Assembly (NCBI GenBank): GCA_963771175.1 | Contig: CAVYSY010000032.1 | Coordinates: forward strand, 320,001-384,000 | Length of the DNA: 64,000 nt | From: an uncultured delta proteobacterium | GTDB lineage: Bacteria; Myxococcota; Myxococcia; Myxococcales; Myxococcaceae | Direction: 5' to 3' | In this document: one piece after another, positions 55,337 to 64,000 of the stretch | Numbering within the stretch: the stretch's first letter is position 1 | Layout: the number at the start of each line of letters is the position of its first letter | Position numbers and translations under genes: made by a program | Notes under the pieces: model-generated | Seen by the model: only the letters and a program-made list of their open reading frames with translations | What the model was told of the DNA's origin: nothing | The model's database searches: none

Positions 55337-57589
55337 CTAGTACGTGCCCTTCATCGTCACGTTGGTGTACGCGCTGTAGCCGCGCGAGCAGGCGTACCAG
55401 GTACCGGCGCTCGGAGCGCTGATGGTGCAGCTCTCCGTGTTGCCGGAGAGGTACGGGCGGCAGTTGTAGCTGCTGGTCGTCGGAGCGGAGCCGAACTTCA
55501 CGTACAGGTCCGCGTCACCCGTGGTGCCCGTCTTGCCCGTCTGGTTGAAGACCACCGAGGTCGTCCCGGCCGGCACGACCAGCGTGTTGCAGGTCCACGA
55601 GGCCGAGGCGCCCGAGTACTGGGCCGACTCGACGCCGTTGCTCAGCGTGCCACCACCACCACCACCACCCGTGGAGTACGAGCCCTTCAGGCTCATGCCC
55701 GAGGCGGCCGAGTAGCCGTAGATCTTCACGTAGTAGGTGCCGGTGCTCGGCGTGGCGAAGGTGCAGGTCTCCGTGTTGCCGGAGGCGTACGGACGGCAGT
55801 CATACGAGGAGCTGGTCGGCTCGGCGCCGAACTTCACGTACATGTCGCCGTCACCCGTGCCACCGCTCAGGTTGAACGCCAGGCTGCTGGAGCCCGCCGG
55901 CACGGCCAGCGTGTAGGTGCAGCTCCAGGTGCTGGTGTCCGCGGAGATGTTGGTGACGGTCACGCCGTTGGAGAGCGCGACCGGCGTGGTGCAGGCCGGG
56001 GGAGGCGGCGTGCCGCTGCCCACGTTCACCGCCTGCCAGGCCGCCGTCACGGACGCGACTTCCGCCGTGGTGTAGCCGAGCGCCGTCGCGGCCTGCTCGG
56101 AGTACGTCTTCGCCTGGGCGAAGGTGGTGGAGGCCGTCATGTAGTCCACGTTGGCCTTGTAGAAGACGGCGCCGGCCTTCGCCACGCCGATGCCCGTCAC
56201 GTTGACGGTGCTCTTGCCGCGCGGGTGCGTGCCGCCCTTGGAGAGCAGCGTGAAGGCCAGGTTGGCGATGCCGGAGCTGTAGTGCACGTCCTTGCTGCCA
56301 GCGCTGCTCGACCAGAAGTCGAGCGAGGCACCGTCCGCGGCCGGGTCGTACATGTAGCGGAGCGCATCACCCGGGGTGGCGGGGGTCCAGATGTCGTCGC
56401 CGACCATGAACACCGCGTTGGTGGTGGCCCAGGTGCCCGAGGCGTAGCTCTCGCAGTAGGCGCCGAAGATGTCGCTCATCGCCTCGTTGAGGCCGCCGGA
56501 CTCACCCGAGTAGGTGAGGTTGGACTCGCGCTCGGTCACCGCGTGGGTGAGCTCGTGCGTGGTCACGTCCGCGGACAGACCGAGCATGCCCGAGTCCGTC
56601 CCGTTGCCATCGCCGTACACCATCTGGGTGCCGTCCCAGTAGGCGTTCACGTAGTTGCTGCTGTAGTGCACCGTGCTGATGAGCGTGGCGCCCGCGTTGT
56701 CGAACGAGTCGCGGCCGAAGTTGTTCTTGTAGCAGTTGTACGTGCCACCCAGCTTGTCGTAGTTGCCGTCGACGTGGGCGTCGCCCGTGGCCGCCTGGCC
56801 CTCGGAGCGCTTGAGCGTACCCGGGGTGGAGGAGCCGTTGTTGGCGCTGTACACCTTGCGGTTGAGCGCGGTGTGGATGTCCGTGTCGCGGCCGAGGACG
56901 GAGCCATCGCGCGCGCTCACGAAGACGTGGTCACGGATGGGCAGCTCCAGGCTCTCGCCCGTCACCAGCACCTCGTAGGCGAGCTGGAGGCCGCCCTCGG
57001 TGCGGTAGTAGACGAGCTGCGCGCTCTCGGCGGTCAGGCCCGAGCCCTTGGTGTTGCGCAGGGCGGCCGTGGTGGCGCCCTCGCGGGAGATGCGCGCGTT
57101 GGCCGAGACGTTCGCACCGTCGCGGGCCGTGCCGTTCACCGCGAAGATGCGGCCGGTCTCGTCCACGTGCACGACGAGCTCCTCGCCGAACACCGGCAGC
57201 CCGTTCTTCATCTGGGCATAGCGGATGTGGGTGATGCCCTGCTCGTCCACGCGAGTGCTCTTCGCCACCAGGTCCGCGGTCTGAAGGCGGAAGATGGGGG
57301 CGATGCGGGTGAGCGAGTCGCCCATGAGAGCGCTCGTGTCACGGGCGGCCATGCCGCGCAGCGACTGGCCCACGGAGCCGAAGTCACCACGCACGAAGTA
57401 GGGCACCTCGTCCAGGTGCTTGCCGAGGACCTCGGCGCCGGGAATGGCGCTCAGCGCGGCCTTCACATCAGAAGTGGACAGGGTGCCGACGTCGGCGCTC
57501 TCCGTCAGCGCCTCGTTCGACTCCTCCACACCGCACGCCGCCAGGGGCAGGGCGAGGAGAGCAGCAGCCAGGAAACGATTGCGAACCAA
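55337..57589 (-). CDS. M4 (thermolysin-family) zinc metalloprotease, lipoprotein, with propeptide and two PPC domains
   Basis: LAAC lipobox; NAYWDG, HELTH, GGLNEAMSD, DVHYSSG; two GDxDxYVKFG PPC repeats. Confidence 0.95.
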   Translation of the reverse strand: MVRNRFLAAALLALPLAACGVEESNEALTESADVGTLSTSDVKAALSAIPGAEVLGKHLDEVPYFVRGDFGSVGQSLRGMAARDTSALMGDSLTRIAPIFRLQTADLVAKSTRVDEQGITHIRYAQMKNGLPVFGEELVVHVDETGRIFAVNGTARDGANVSANARISREGATTAALRNTKGSGLTAESAQLVYYRTEGGLQLAYEVLVTGESLELPIRDHVFVSARDGSVLGRDTDIHTALNRKVYSANNGSSTPGTLKRSEGQAATGDAHVDGNYDKLGGTYNCYKNNFGRDSFDNAGATLISTVHYSSNYVNAYWDGTQMVYGDGNGTDSGMLGLSADVTTHELTHAVTERESNLTYSGESGGLNEAMSDIFGAYCESYASGTWATTNAVFMVGDDIWTPATPGDALRYMYDPAADGASLDFWSSSAGSKDVHYSSGIANLAFTLLSKGGTHPRGKSTVNVTGIGVAKAGAVFYKANVDYMTASTTFAQAKTYSEQAATALGYTTAEVASVTAAWQAVNVGSGTPPPPACTTPVALSNGVTVTNISADTSTWSCTYTLAVPAGSSSLAFNLSGGTGDGDMYVKFGAEPTSSSYDCRPYASGNTETCTFATPSTGTYYVKIYGYSAASGMSLKGSYSTGGGGGGGTLSNGVESAQYSGASASWTCNTLVVPAGTTSVVFNQTGKTGTTGDADLYVKFGSAPTTSSYNCRPYLSGNTESCTISAPSAGTWYACSRGYSAYTNVTMKGTY

Positions 57590-57646
57590 GGGGGGAACCT
57601 CCTGCTGGCCGGTGACGGGGATGCCACCGCAGCCGCTCGTGGCTTT

Positions 57647-57662
57647 AGCAGGATGCGTGCCA
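57647..57662 (-). promoter_or_regulatory. Sigma54 promoter of the M4 protease gene
   Basis: Minus strand TGGCACGCATCCTGCT = GG-N10-GC. Confidence 0.75.
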
Positions 57663-57749
57663 TTCCATAAAGGCCCGTAATTCCATCTAACACCTGCTTA
57701 CGCGACGGGCCCACTGGTGCATGGGGGTCGCAAGCAGCTGCGTACGTCA

Positions 57750-57834
57750 TGTCTCGATTCTTGACATACCCCGAGCCAAGGGTGCGGAAGAACAGACACT
57801 TTGGCGCTCGGACCCACTGTCCTGATTCAGGACA
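57750..57834. promoter_or_regulatory. Twin 17-bp dyads (putative enhancer-binding-protein sites)
   Basis: TGTCTCGATTCTTGACA (57750-57766) and TGTCCTGATTCAGGACA (57818-57834). Confidence 0.65.
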
Positions 57835-58129
57835 CCCTGGAGGAGGAGTCGGGTCATTTTATACCCAAGCGCCCTCCGAAAACCTTCTGGTCCGCAGGGA
57901 AGGGCTCGGGAATTCCATTCATTCCAGGTTTCAGGCCGCCTTCGCACCCGGGTGGGCTGACGCTCTACTCGCCCCCGCCGTCCCGGGTAGGCCGAGAGAC
58001 CGGGCGAGAGCCCTGCGTCCTGTCCGAGTCGGGAACGAGCACCTGGGCTGAAACAGGCCCTGGTCCTTCTCATTCCGGACGAATGACCAGATTTCGCCCA
58101 GCAGACATCCGAAGTGACGGGAGGATGCG

Positions 58130-58762
58130 ATGAAGGTTCGTTCGTGGATGGATGGTTTCGCGGTGATGACCCTGATCACCGCCGGGTCGGCGTTCGCGGC
58201 CATCGATGCCTCGCGGGTCGACGATGATATCAACTTCGATGAGGAGAAGACGAAAGTCGGCCTGGACGCGCAAGTGGGCGCGGGCGGCTTCACCGGAATC
58301 GGGGGGGATCTGACAGCACCGGGCGGGATGCTCGGAATCGCCGCGACTGCCCAGCCCTGGCGCAACCTCGGCCTCGAGGCGGGCTTCGAGGGCCAGCGAC
58401 TCCCCATCGACGATGATCGCGTCGGGGACGAACAGGCCCTGTACCGCTACAACGTCGACGTGATGGCCAAGGCCGGTCCGCCCCTGTTCAACGATGTGCT
58501 GCGTCCGTTCGTGGGAGCGGGCCTGGGCCTCAGCTACCTCAACGTCACCGACGACGCGGATACCCTCTACCGCAACGACTTCGTCGAGGAGCTGGGGGGC
58601 TCGGCCGGCGTGGACGTCCAGATCGGCCCGAGCATCTCCGCCGGAGCACGCGCCACGTACCTGATCCTCCTCGGCACGGAGTTCGCGGACCCGGCCACCG
58701 GGACCGGTGAGACCGGCGGCAACCTGTTGAACTTCGCCGCGACCGTGGGTGGCCGCTTCTAG
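58130..58762 (+). CDS. Small outer-membrane beta-barrel protein
   Basis: Signal peptide, amphipathic strands, RPFVGAGLG, terminal GGRF. Confidence 0.85.
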   Translation: MKVRSWMDGFAVMTLITAGSAFAAIDASRVDDDINFDEEKTKVGLDAQVGAGGFTGIGGDLTAPGGMLGIAATAQPWRNLGLEAGFEGQRLPIDDDRVGDEQALYRYNVDVMAKAGPPLFNDVLRPFVGAGLGLSYLNVTDDADTLYRNDFVEELGGSAGVDVQIGPSISAGARATYLILLGTEFADPATGTGETGGNLLNFAATVGGRF

Positions 58763-58846
58763 CCAATCCCAGGTCGAGTCCCGAAGGAGTCGAGCCCCGT
58801 CGCGCCTCTCGTGAAGAGAGGGGCGGCGGGGCTTCTCCGTGCGTCC

Positions 58847-58993
58847 ATGGCGGAGGAGGAGCAGGTGCTGCTACACAAGCGCCACGCGCACTCCTCCGAC
58901 AAGAAGCTGATGGCCCTGGAAGGGAGCAACCTCTCCGACATCGCTCCGGACCAGGACCTCTCCCAGTGGCTGGTGAGCTCTTTGCAGCCGTAG
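58847..58993 (+). CDS. Possible small protein or gene remnant (48 aa)
   Basis: Third codon positions mostly G/C, as in host genes; no recognisable motif. Confidence 0.35.
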   Translation: MAEEEQVLLHKRHAHSSDKKLMALEGSNLSDIAPDQDLSQWLVSSLQP

Positions 58994-59008
58994 TAAAAAT
59001 TTTGCTAC
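58990..59008. promoter_or_regulatory. AT-rich dyad upstream of the multiheme cytochrome
   Basis: GTAGTAAAA-A-TTTTGCTAC; 8 of 9 pairs complementary. Confidence 0.5.
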
Positions 59009-59087
59009 ATTCTCTTATTACCACACGCCTTAAACTACGATGCACAATCCTCATCCCTCTCACAGTCCGCCTGGTGGTGTAGTGCCG

Positions 59088-61007
59088 ATGATTCGATCCC
59101 CCCTGGTTCGTGGCGCACTCTGTGCACTCCTGCTGTCAACGTTGGGCTGTAACCTGCTGAAGACCTCCGACTCGGAGAACGTGCCAGGCCGCGGCGCCCG
59201 CGCTTTCGACCCGTACCGGTCGTCCAACTCGGGTGCCATCCGCCTGTCTCTGCAGTGGTACAACGGCTGTGCCGTGATGCCGACGGGCCAGGCGGTGCCG
59301 AAGAACTCCGCACCCATCCCCTACCCCGACACGTGCCCCAGCCCCGTGGCCATTGACGGCTTCCCGCCGTATGTGCCGCCGGGGCAGATGCAGCTGGTGA
59401 CCGGCACCGACTACTTCCTCAACCAGATCACGGTGACGGACGCCCTCGTCAACGCCCACACCGACTTCGGGAAGCCGACGGAGCCGCTGCTCTGGATCAC
59501 GAAGCAGTCACGCTTCAAGAGTCTGGACTGGAGCGGCGCGGGCCTGGCTCAGGATGAGTGGATCTTCCAGTCCGGGGTTCCCGGAGTCTCCCAGGACCGG
59601 TGGCACCGCGTGGTCCTCTTCGACAATGGCGCCTGGCGGCGCGTCAAGGGCGACACCTTCAAGGTGGAGGTCCTGGACTCGGAGGGCACGGTGCGCGGCA
59701 CGCCGGTCGAGTACTCCCGCCAGGAGTTCCTCGCGGAGTCGCCGTACGCCGGGCACTCGCACTTCGGCTGGCGCATCGAGAACCTCAATCCTCCGCGCTA
59801 TCCTGGGGACCCGGAGGCTCACCCCCTGTCGGAGATTCCGGGCTGGCCTCCGCAGGCGCCGGTGTACCGGACCACCGCGCGGTTGGATCTCGTCGGCAGC
59901 ACCAACCCCTTCAAGACCTTCCGCGTCCCCGATTTGAAGGGAGAGGGTGCCGTGCGGGTGACCTGGAGCCAGATGCCCAACGAGCCGTTCTACTTCCCGG
60001 TGACGTTCGTGTCCGAGAAGGAGCTGCCGCCCACCTGCTTTGATGCGGCCGGCAACGCCAATACCCCGTGCGGCTTCGGTATCGATCCCAACCTCAACTT
60101 CGTCGCGCCGCAGAACGGCAAGTTCTACCAGCCAGGCGAGACGCTGAACGCCTTCGTCGACGTGCGTGACGGAAACGGCGTCCGGTTGCACGCGCCGGAC
60201 CTGATGCCCAGCGGAGTCGAGGTGACGTCCAACCAGGCCAACGGCATGCTCTATCCGAACCTGCCCTGGATCGATCGCACGCTGGAGCTGGACATGCTCC
60301 CCGTCGTCAACATCGCTGGGCCGCTCCACAAGATGTACAGCCGCAGCAACCCGAAGGAAGCCTCCCCCTACTACACGCTGGGGTACTCCTACGCGCTGCC
60401 CAGCGAGACGTCGACCACGCCGCTGAACCCCGCCGAGTTCGGCCAGAAGTGGGCCACGCGCTTCGGGACGCAGCTGCCGGCCAACGCCGAGCCCGGTACG
60501 TACGTGGCGCTCATCAAGTTCCACCGCTACTTCGGCGGTGAGCGCGTGGCCAAGACCAAGCCCTACTTCTTCCAGGTTGGCACGGAGCAGCGGACCACCT
60601 ACCCGGGCCGGGTCGGCAACTGCCAGATCTGCCACCGCGGCGTGCTCTCGCTGGACAACCTGCGCCACGGCTTGTCGGTGGACCACGTGGAGGCCTGCAG
60701 GACGTGCCACCAGTACGAGACCACCAACGGCGGCAGCGTGATGGAGAACATCCACAAGATCCACATGCGCTCGCCCAAGTTCCCGGAGGCCAAGAACGAC
60801 TGCACCATGTGCCACCTCACGCGCGAGAGCGCCACGCGCCCGAGCCTCTACGCGTGCGGCACGTGTCACCCCTCGGCGCACGGGACGGAGTTCTTCGCGT
60901 CCAAGTTCGTCACCGGGACCGAGCCGAGCCGTTATGGCAACTGCGCCCAGCAGTGCCATGGTGAGGCGGACTCGTTGCCCAAGCTCCACATCCTCCCTGC
61001 CCAATGA
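59088..61007 (+). CDS. Pentaheme c-type cytochrome lipoprotein, MtrC/OmcA-like heme domain
   Basis: STLGC lipobox; CQICH, CRTCH, CTMCH, CGTCH and CAQQCH clustered at the C-terminus; IHKIH motif. Confidence 0.85.
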   Translation: MIRSPLVRGALCALLLSTLGCNLLKTSDSENVPGRGARAFDPYRSSNSGAIRLSLQWYNGCAVMPTGQAVPKNSAPIPYPDTCPSPVAIDGFPPYVPPGQMQLVTGTDYFLNQITVTDALVNAHTDFGKPTEPLLWITKQSRFKSLDWSGAGLAQDEWIFQSGVPGVSQDRWHRVVLFDNGAWRRVKGDTFKVEVLDSEGTVRGTPVEYSRQEFLAESPYAGHSHFGWRIENLNPPRYPGDPEAHPLSEIPGWPPQAPVYRTTARLDLVGSTNPFKTFRVPDLKGEGAVRVTWSQMPNEPFYFPVTFVSEKELPPTCFDAAGNANTPCGFGIDPNLNFVAPQNGKFYQPGETLNAFVDVRDGNGVRLHAPDLMPSGVEVTSNQANGMLYPNLPWIDRTLELDMLPVVNIAGPLHKMYSRSNPKEASPYYTLGYSYALPSETSTTPLNPAEFGQKWATRFGTQLPANAEPGTYVALIKFHRYFGGERVAKTKPYFFQVGTEQRTTYPGRVGNCQICHRGVLSLDNLRHGLSVDHVEACRTCHQYETTNGGSVMENIHKIHMRSPKFPEAKNDCTMCHLTRESATRPSLYACGTCHPSAHGTEFFASKFVTGTEPSRYGNCAQQCHGEADSLPKLHILPAQ

Positions 61008-61021
61008 GAGGCCCTTTCGTC

Positions 61022-62077
61022 ATGACTCGTCATCTTCGATACGCAGCACTCATGGGCGCCTGTCTGCTGGGGATGGGCTGTGAGGAGACTCCCCCCCCGG
61101 GTCTGTCCGAGTTCGTCCCGGAAGCGCAGTACGTCGCCCCGGGCAGCTTCAGCCTGCACACCCGCATCTCCGGTCTGGCGTGGGACCCCGAGGCGTACTT
61201 CATGACCCTCGCCGCATGCGGGCCCACCTGCCCCATGCCGCCGTTCCTGTCCGAGGGCCTCCCGCTGTTCCAGCACGCGGCGGTGCAAAACGCCGCCATC
61301 TCCGCCTTTGATCCGCTCACCCAGACGACCACGGGTGACGCGACGACGACGGATGGGGTGGGCATCTGGGTCCTGCCTCAGGTCCCCAGCCGCGCCACCG
61401 CGCCGTACTTCATCCTCGCGGAGGCGCAGGGCTCCCTGCCCTCGGCGGTGGCCGGCCCGCCGCTGCCCAACGTGCCTTCCGCTCCGTACCTGCGGACCCT
61501 GACGCTGCGCCCCATCACCACCGTCGCCGGTATGTGCCTGTCCATGGAGGCCGTCCACATCAGCTCCCAGGGCATTCTGGAGGCGGTCGCCAAGTACCTG
61601 TCGTCCAAGGGCACGTCCACGCTCGTGTCGGACCTGGTGAACCCCACCCGGTATCACTCCGTGACCGTCCTGGGCCTCTTCCACGGGGGCAACGGCGCGA
61701 ATCGAGCCCCCGCGGATCAGATCGCCGTCGAGTCCTCCGTGGGGCAGGTGTACCACATCAACTGGGCGCCTCCCGGGAGCGATTCGGACCCGCTGCGCTC
61801 CTCGCGTGGCTTCATCGTCACGGAGTCCCAGAAGACGCCGGTGGGCTTCGCCGTGGTGCTGGTCCCCGCGACGTTGCCTCGTCCGGAGAAGATCACCTAC
61901 ACGGTGAAGGACACGAAGGAGGATGACGTGGCGCGCCGGCCTTGGTTCTACCCGCCCATCTCCGCGCCGCCCCAGTCGGGAGTCATCACCTTCATTGGTG
62001 CGCAGATGGGCTACCAGCCGCCGTCCATTCCGATCTTCCAGCTGCCACCGCCGCCCACCGCCTGCGTTCCCATGTAG
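61022..62077 (+). CDS. Hypothetical Pro-rich lipoprotein coupled to the cytochrome (alternative start 61004)
   Basis: LGMGC lipobox; CGPTC motif; ATGA overlap at 61004-61007. Confidence 0.8.
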   Translation: MTRHLRYAALMGACLLGMGCEETPPPGLSEFVPEAQYVAPGSFSLHTRISGLAWDPEAYFMTLAACGPTCPMPPFLSEGLPLFQHAAVQNAAISAFDPLTQTTTGDATTTDGVGIWVLPQVPSRATAPYFILAEAQGSLPSAVAGPPLPNVPSAPYLRTLTLRPITTVAGMCLSMEAVHISSQGILEAVAKYLSSKGTSTLVSDLVNPTRYHSVTVLGLFHGGNGANRAPADQIAVESSVGQVYHINWAPPGSDSDPLRSSRGFIVTESQKTPVGFAVVLVPATLPRPEKITYTVKDTKEDDVARRPWFYPPISAPPQSGVITFIGAQMGYQPPSIPIFQLPPPPTACVPM

Positions 62078-62126
62078 TCGGATGAAGTGAGGGGGAGCCA
62101 GCTCCCCCTCACCCCAGGCCCAAGAC

Positions 62127-63287
62127 ATGGCTCACGACTTCGACCAGCTCCTCGACCGCGGAAACAGCGACAGCCTCAAGTGGCGCAAGTACGGGGCGGA
62201 CGTCCTGCCCATGTGGGTCGCGGACATGGACTTCCGCTCCCCGGAGCCGGTGATCCACGCCCTGCGCGAGCGCATCGAGCAGGGGGTCTTTGGCTATCCC
62301 CACGAGCCCCAGCCCGGGCTCGTGGAGAGCGTCACCGCATATCTCCTGGAGCACCATGGCTGGCGGGTGTCGCCCGAGGCCATCGTGCTCCTCCCCGGGC
62401 TCATCCCGGGCTTCAATGTCGCCTGCCGGGCCGTCACGCAGCCCGGGGATGGAGTCCTGGTCCAGGTGCCGGCGTATCCGCCCCTGCTCCAGTGCCCGAA
62501 GAACGCCGGGCTCAGCCTGGACGCGGTGCGCCTGGTGCGGGGCTCCAGCGGCGCATACGAGCTCGACTGGGACTCCTTCCAGGGAGCGCTCCACCCACGC
62601 TCGCGCGTGCTGCTCCTGTGCAATCCCCACAATCCCCTGGGGCGCGTCTTCCGGCGGGAGGAGCTCACCCGCATGGCCGAGACCTGCCTGCGGAACGATC
62701 TGATCATCGTCTCCGATGAGATCCACTGCGATCTGGTGTTCGGTGGCCACACGCACACCTGCATCGCCACGCTCGGCCCGGAGGTGGAGGCGCGCACCAT
62801 CACCCTCATGTCTCCGAGCAAGACCTTCAACATCGCCGGACTCAAGATGGCGTTCGCGGTCATCCCGAACGCCGCGCTCCGGGAACGGTTCCTCGCGGCG
62901 CGCGTGGACATGCTGCCGTCCCCCAACATCCTCGGAGGGGTGGCGATGCAGGCCGCCTACCGGGAGGGCCAGCCGTGGCTCCGCGAGCTACGGGAGTACC
63001 TGGAGGCCAACCGCGACTTCCTCGTGGACTTCGTGCGCCGGTACTTCCCCGGTGTCCGCATGGTGGCGCCCGAGGGGACGTACCTGGCCTGGCTGGACTG
63101 CCGCGAAGCGGAGCTTCCGGGGAACGCCACCGCCTTCTTCCTCGAGCACGCGCGTGTGGCGCTCAGCCCCGGGGAGAGCTTTGGCCCGGGCGGAGAGGGC
63201 TGCGTCCGGCTCAACTTCGGCTGCCCGCGGGCGCTGCTGAGCGAGGGGCTGGAGCGAATGCGCCAGGCGCTGGAGCGGCGGCGCTGA
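62127..63287 (+). CDS. MalY/PatB family PLP-dependent C-S lyase
   Basis: LPMWVADMDF, CNPHNPLG, SDEIHCDL, SPSKTFNIAG, RLNFGCP. Confidence 0.93.
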   Translation: MAHDFDQLLDRGNSDSLKWRKYGADVLPMWVADMDFRSPEPVIHALRERIEQGVFGYPHEPQPGLVESVTAYLLEHHGWRVSPEAIVLLPGLIPGFNVACRAVTQPGDGVLVQVPAYPPLLQCPKNAGLSLDAVRLVRGSSGAYELDWDSFQGALHPRSRVLLLCNPHNPLGRVFRREELTRMAETCLRNDLIIVSDEIHCDLVFGGHTHTCIATLGPEVEARTITLMSPSKTFNIAGLKMAFAVIPNAALRERFLAARVDMLPSPNILGGVAMQAAYREGQPWLRELREYLEANRDFLVDFVRRYFPGVRMVAPEGTYLAWLDCREAELPGNATAFFLEHARVALSPGESFGPGGEGCVRLNFGCPRALLSEGLERMRQALERRR

Positions 63288-63295
63288 GCGGGACG

Positions 63296-63331
63296 CCGGG
63301 CGCCTCCCAAGAGGCGCCCGGACCGTTTTCT
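63296..63331. terminator. Hairpin between convergent genes
   Basis: CCGGGCGCCTC-ccaa-GAGGCGCCCGG followed by ACCGTTTTCT. Confidence 0.7.
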
Positions 63332-63997
63332 CAGGAGCCTGTCCCGGGCGTGAGCAGCCAGGCGCTCTCGGACGTCGAGAATGCGGTTGGTCGGAGGACC
63401 GACCACTTCCTCGCCACGGCCGACCAGCTCGAGGTGGAACCTGTCCCCCCACTTCTGCTGGACCTCCTCGGGAGGAATCGAGAAGGGAGGGCCAGGGAAG
63501 GTGCTGCTCTCGTAGGCCACGCTGAGCAGCAGCCCGCTGGTGCTGGGGGCCAGCAGTTCGCGCTTCATGTGCTGGACATAGCGCTCGCGCATCGCCGGGG
63601 GCAGGGCGATCAATGAGGCCCGATCGTAGAAGGCGGCCAGGGGCCCGGTCTGAGCGGTGCTCAGCTCGAAGAAATCGCCCTCATAGAGGGTGATGGGCTG
63701 GTCCTTGGCGCGGTGGACCCGGAAGCGGCCTTCGGTGACCGGCTCGGCGGCGGCGAGGCGGTTCTCGGAGAAGAAGGCCTTACAGGCGATCCCGCTGAGC
63801 TCGACGCCCACCACTTTGTAGCCCTGAGCCGCCAGCCACAGCATGTCCACGGACTTGCCACACAGGGGCACGAAGACCGTCGCCCCTCGAGCGACCCCCA
63901 GCCGCCCGAAGTTCGCGCTGAGGAACGTCTCGACCTCGGGCTGGTGGAAGCTGGTCTGCCCCATCTGCCAACGCTCGTGCCAGAACTGACTCTCCAT
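63331..63997 (-). CDS. Thiopurine S-methyltransferase (apparent extra base near 63380)
   Basis: FWHERW, VFVPLCGKSVDM, GVELS, GDFF, YDRASLIALP, GPPFS. The corrected end STSESAWLLTPGTGS* stops at 63331. Confidence 0.9.
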
Positions 63998-64000
63998 GCC

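Noticed and set aside
62957..63330. TPMT C-terminal extension overlapping the MalY/PatB gene by ~330 bp
   Set aside because: A one-base correction gives a normal end at 63331, next to the shared terminator hairpin.

Overview
GC-rich myxobacterial DNA (Myxococcales, Cystobacterineae-like). Bases 1-35 kb hold the myxobacterial type IVa pilus locus and its usual neighbours: an Omp85/TamA-like gene (partial), tamB, an ExeA-like ATPase, sgmX, accC, accB, efp, mglC, a lipoprotein, pilQPONM, pilR2/pilS2, pilD, pilA-G-H-I, pilR/pilS, pilC/T/B and ribF. The pilAGHI block is inverted relative to all other pil genes. Bases 35-52 kb hold trmB, a REC-GGDEF diguanylate cyclase, a protein with apparently tandem Hfq/Sm-like domains, a cupredoxin lipoprotein, a DUF4153/4173-like membrane protein, an exonuclease-DinG fusion, two tandem HEAT-repeat paralogs, alaS and a PilZ-like/Hsp70 fusion with a degenerate ATPase site. 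Bases 52-64 kb look accessory and are rich in envelope and redox genes: two c-type cytochromes, a His-rich lipoprotein, a sigma54-preceded M4 protease, a beta-barrel, an MtrC/OmcA-like pentaheme lipoprotein with a partner lipoprotein, MalY/PatB and TPMT. Many genes carry single-base indels, and accC is badly garbled. These are most likely assembly errors, and they create false fusions and truncations in the ORF track. I saw no rRNA, tRNA, CRISPR array or mobile element. All family calls come from motif recognition by eye, not from database searches.
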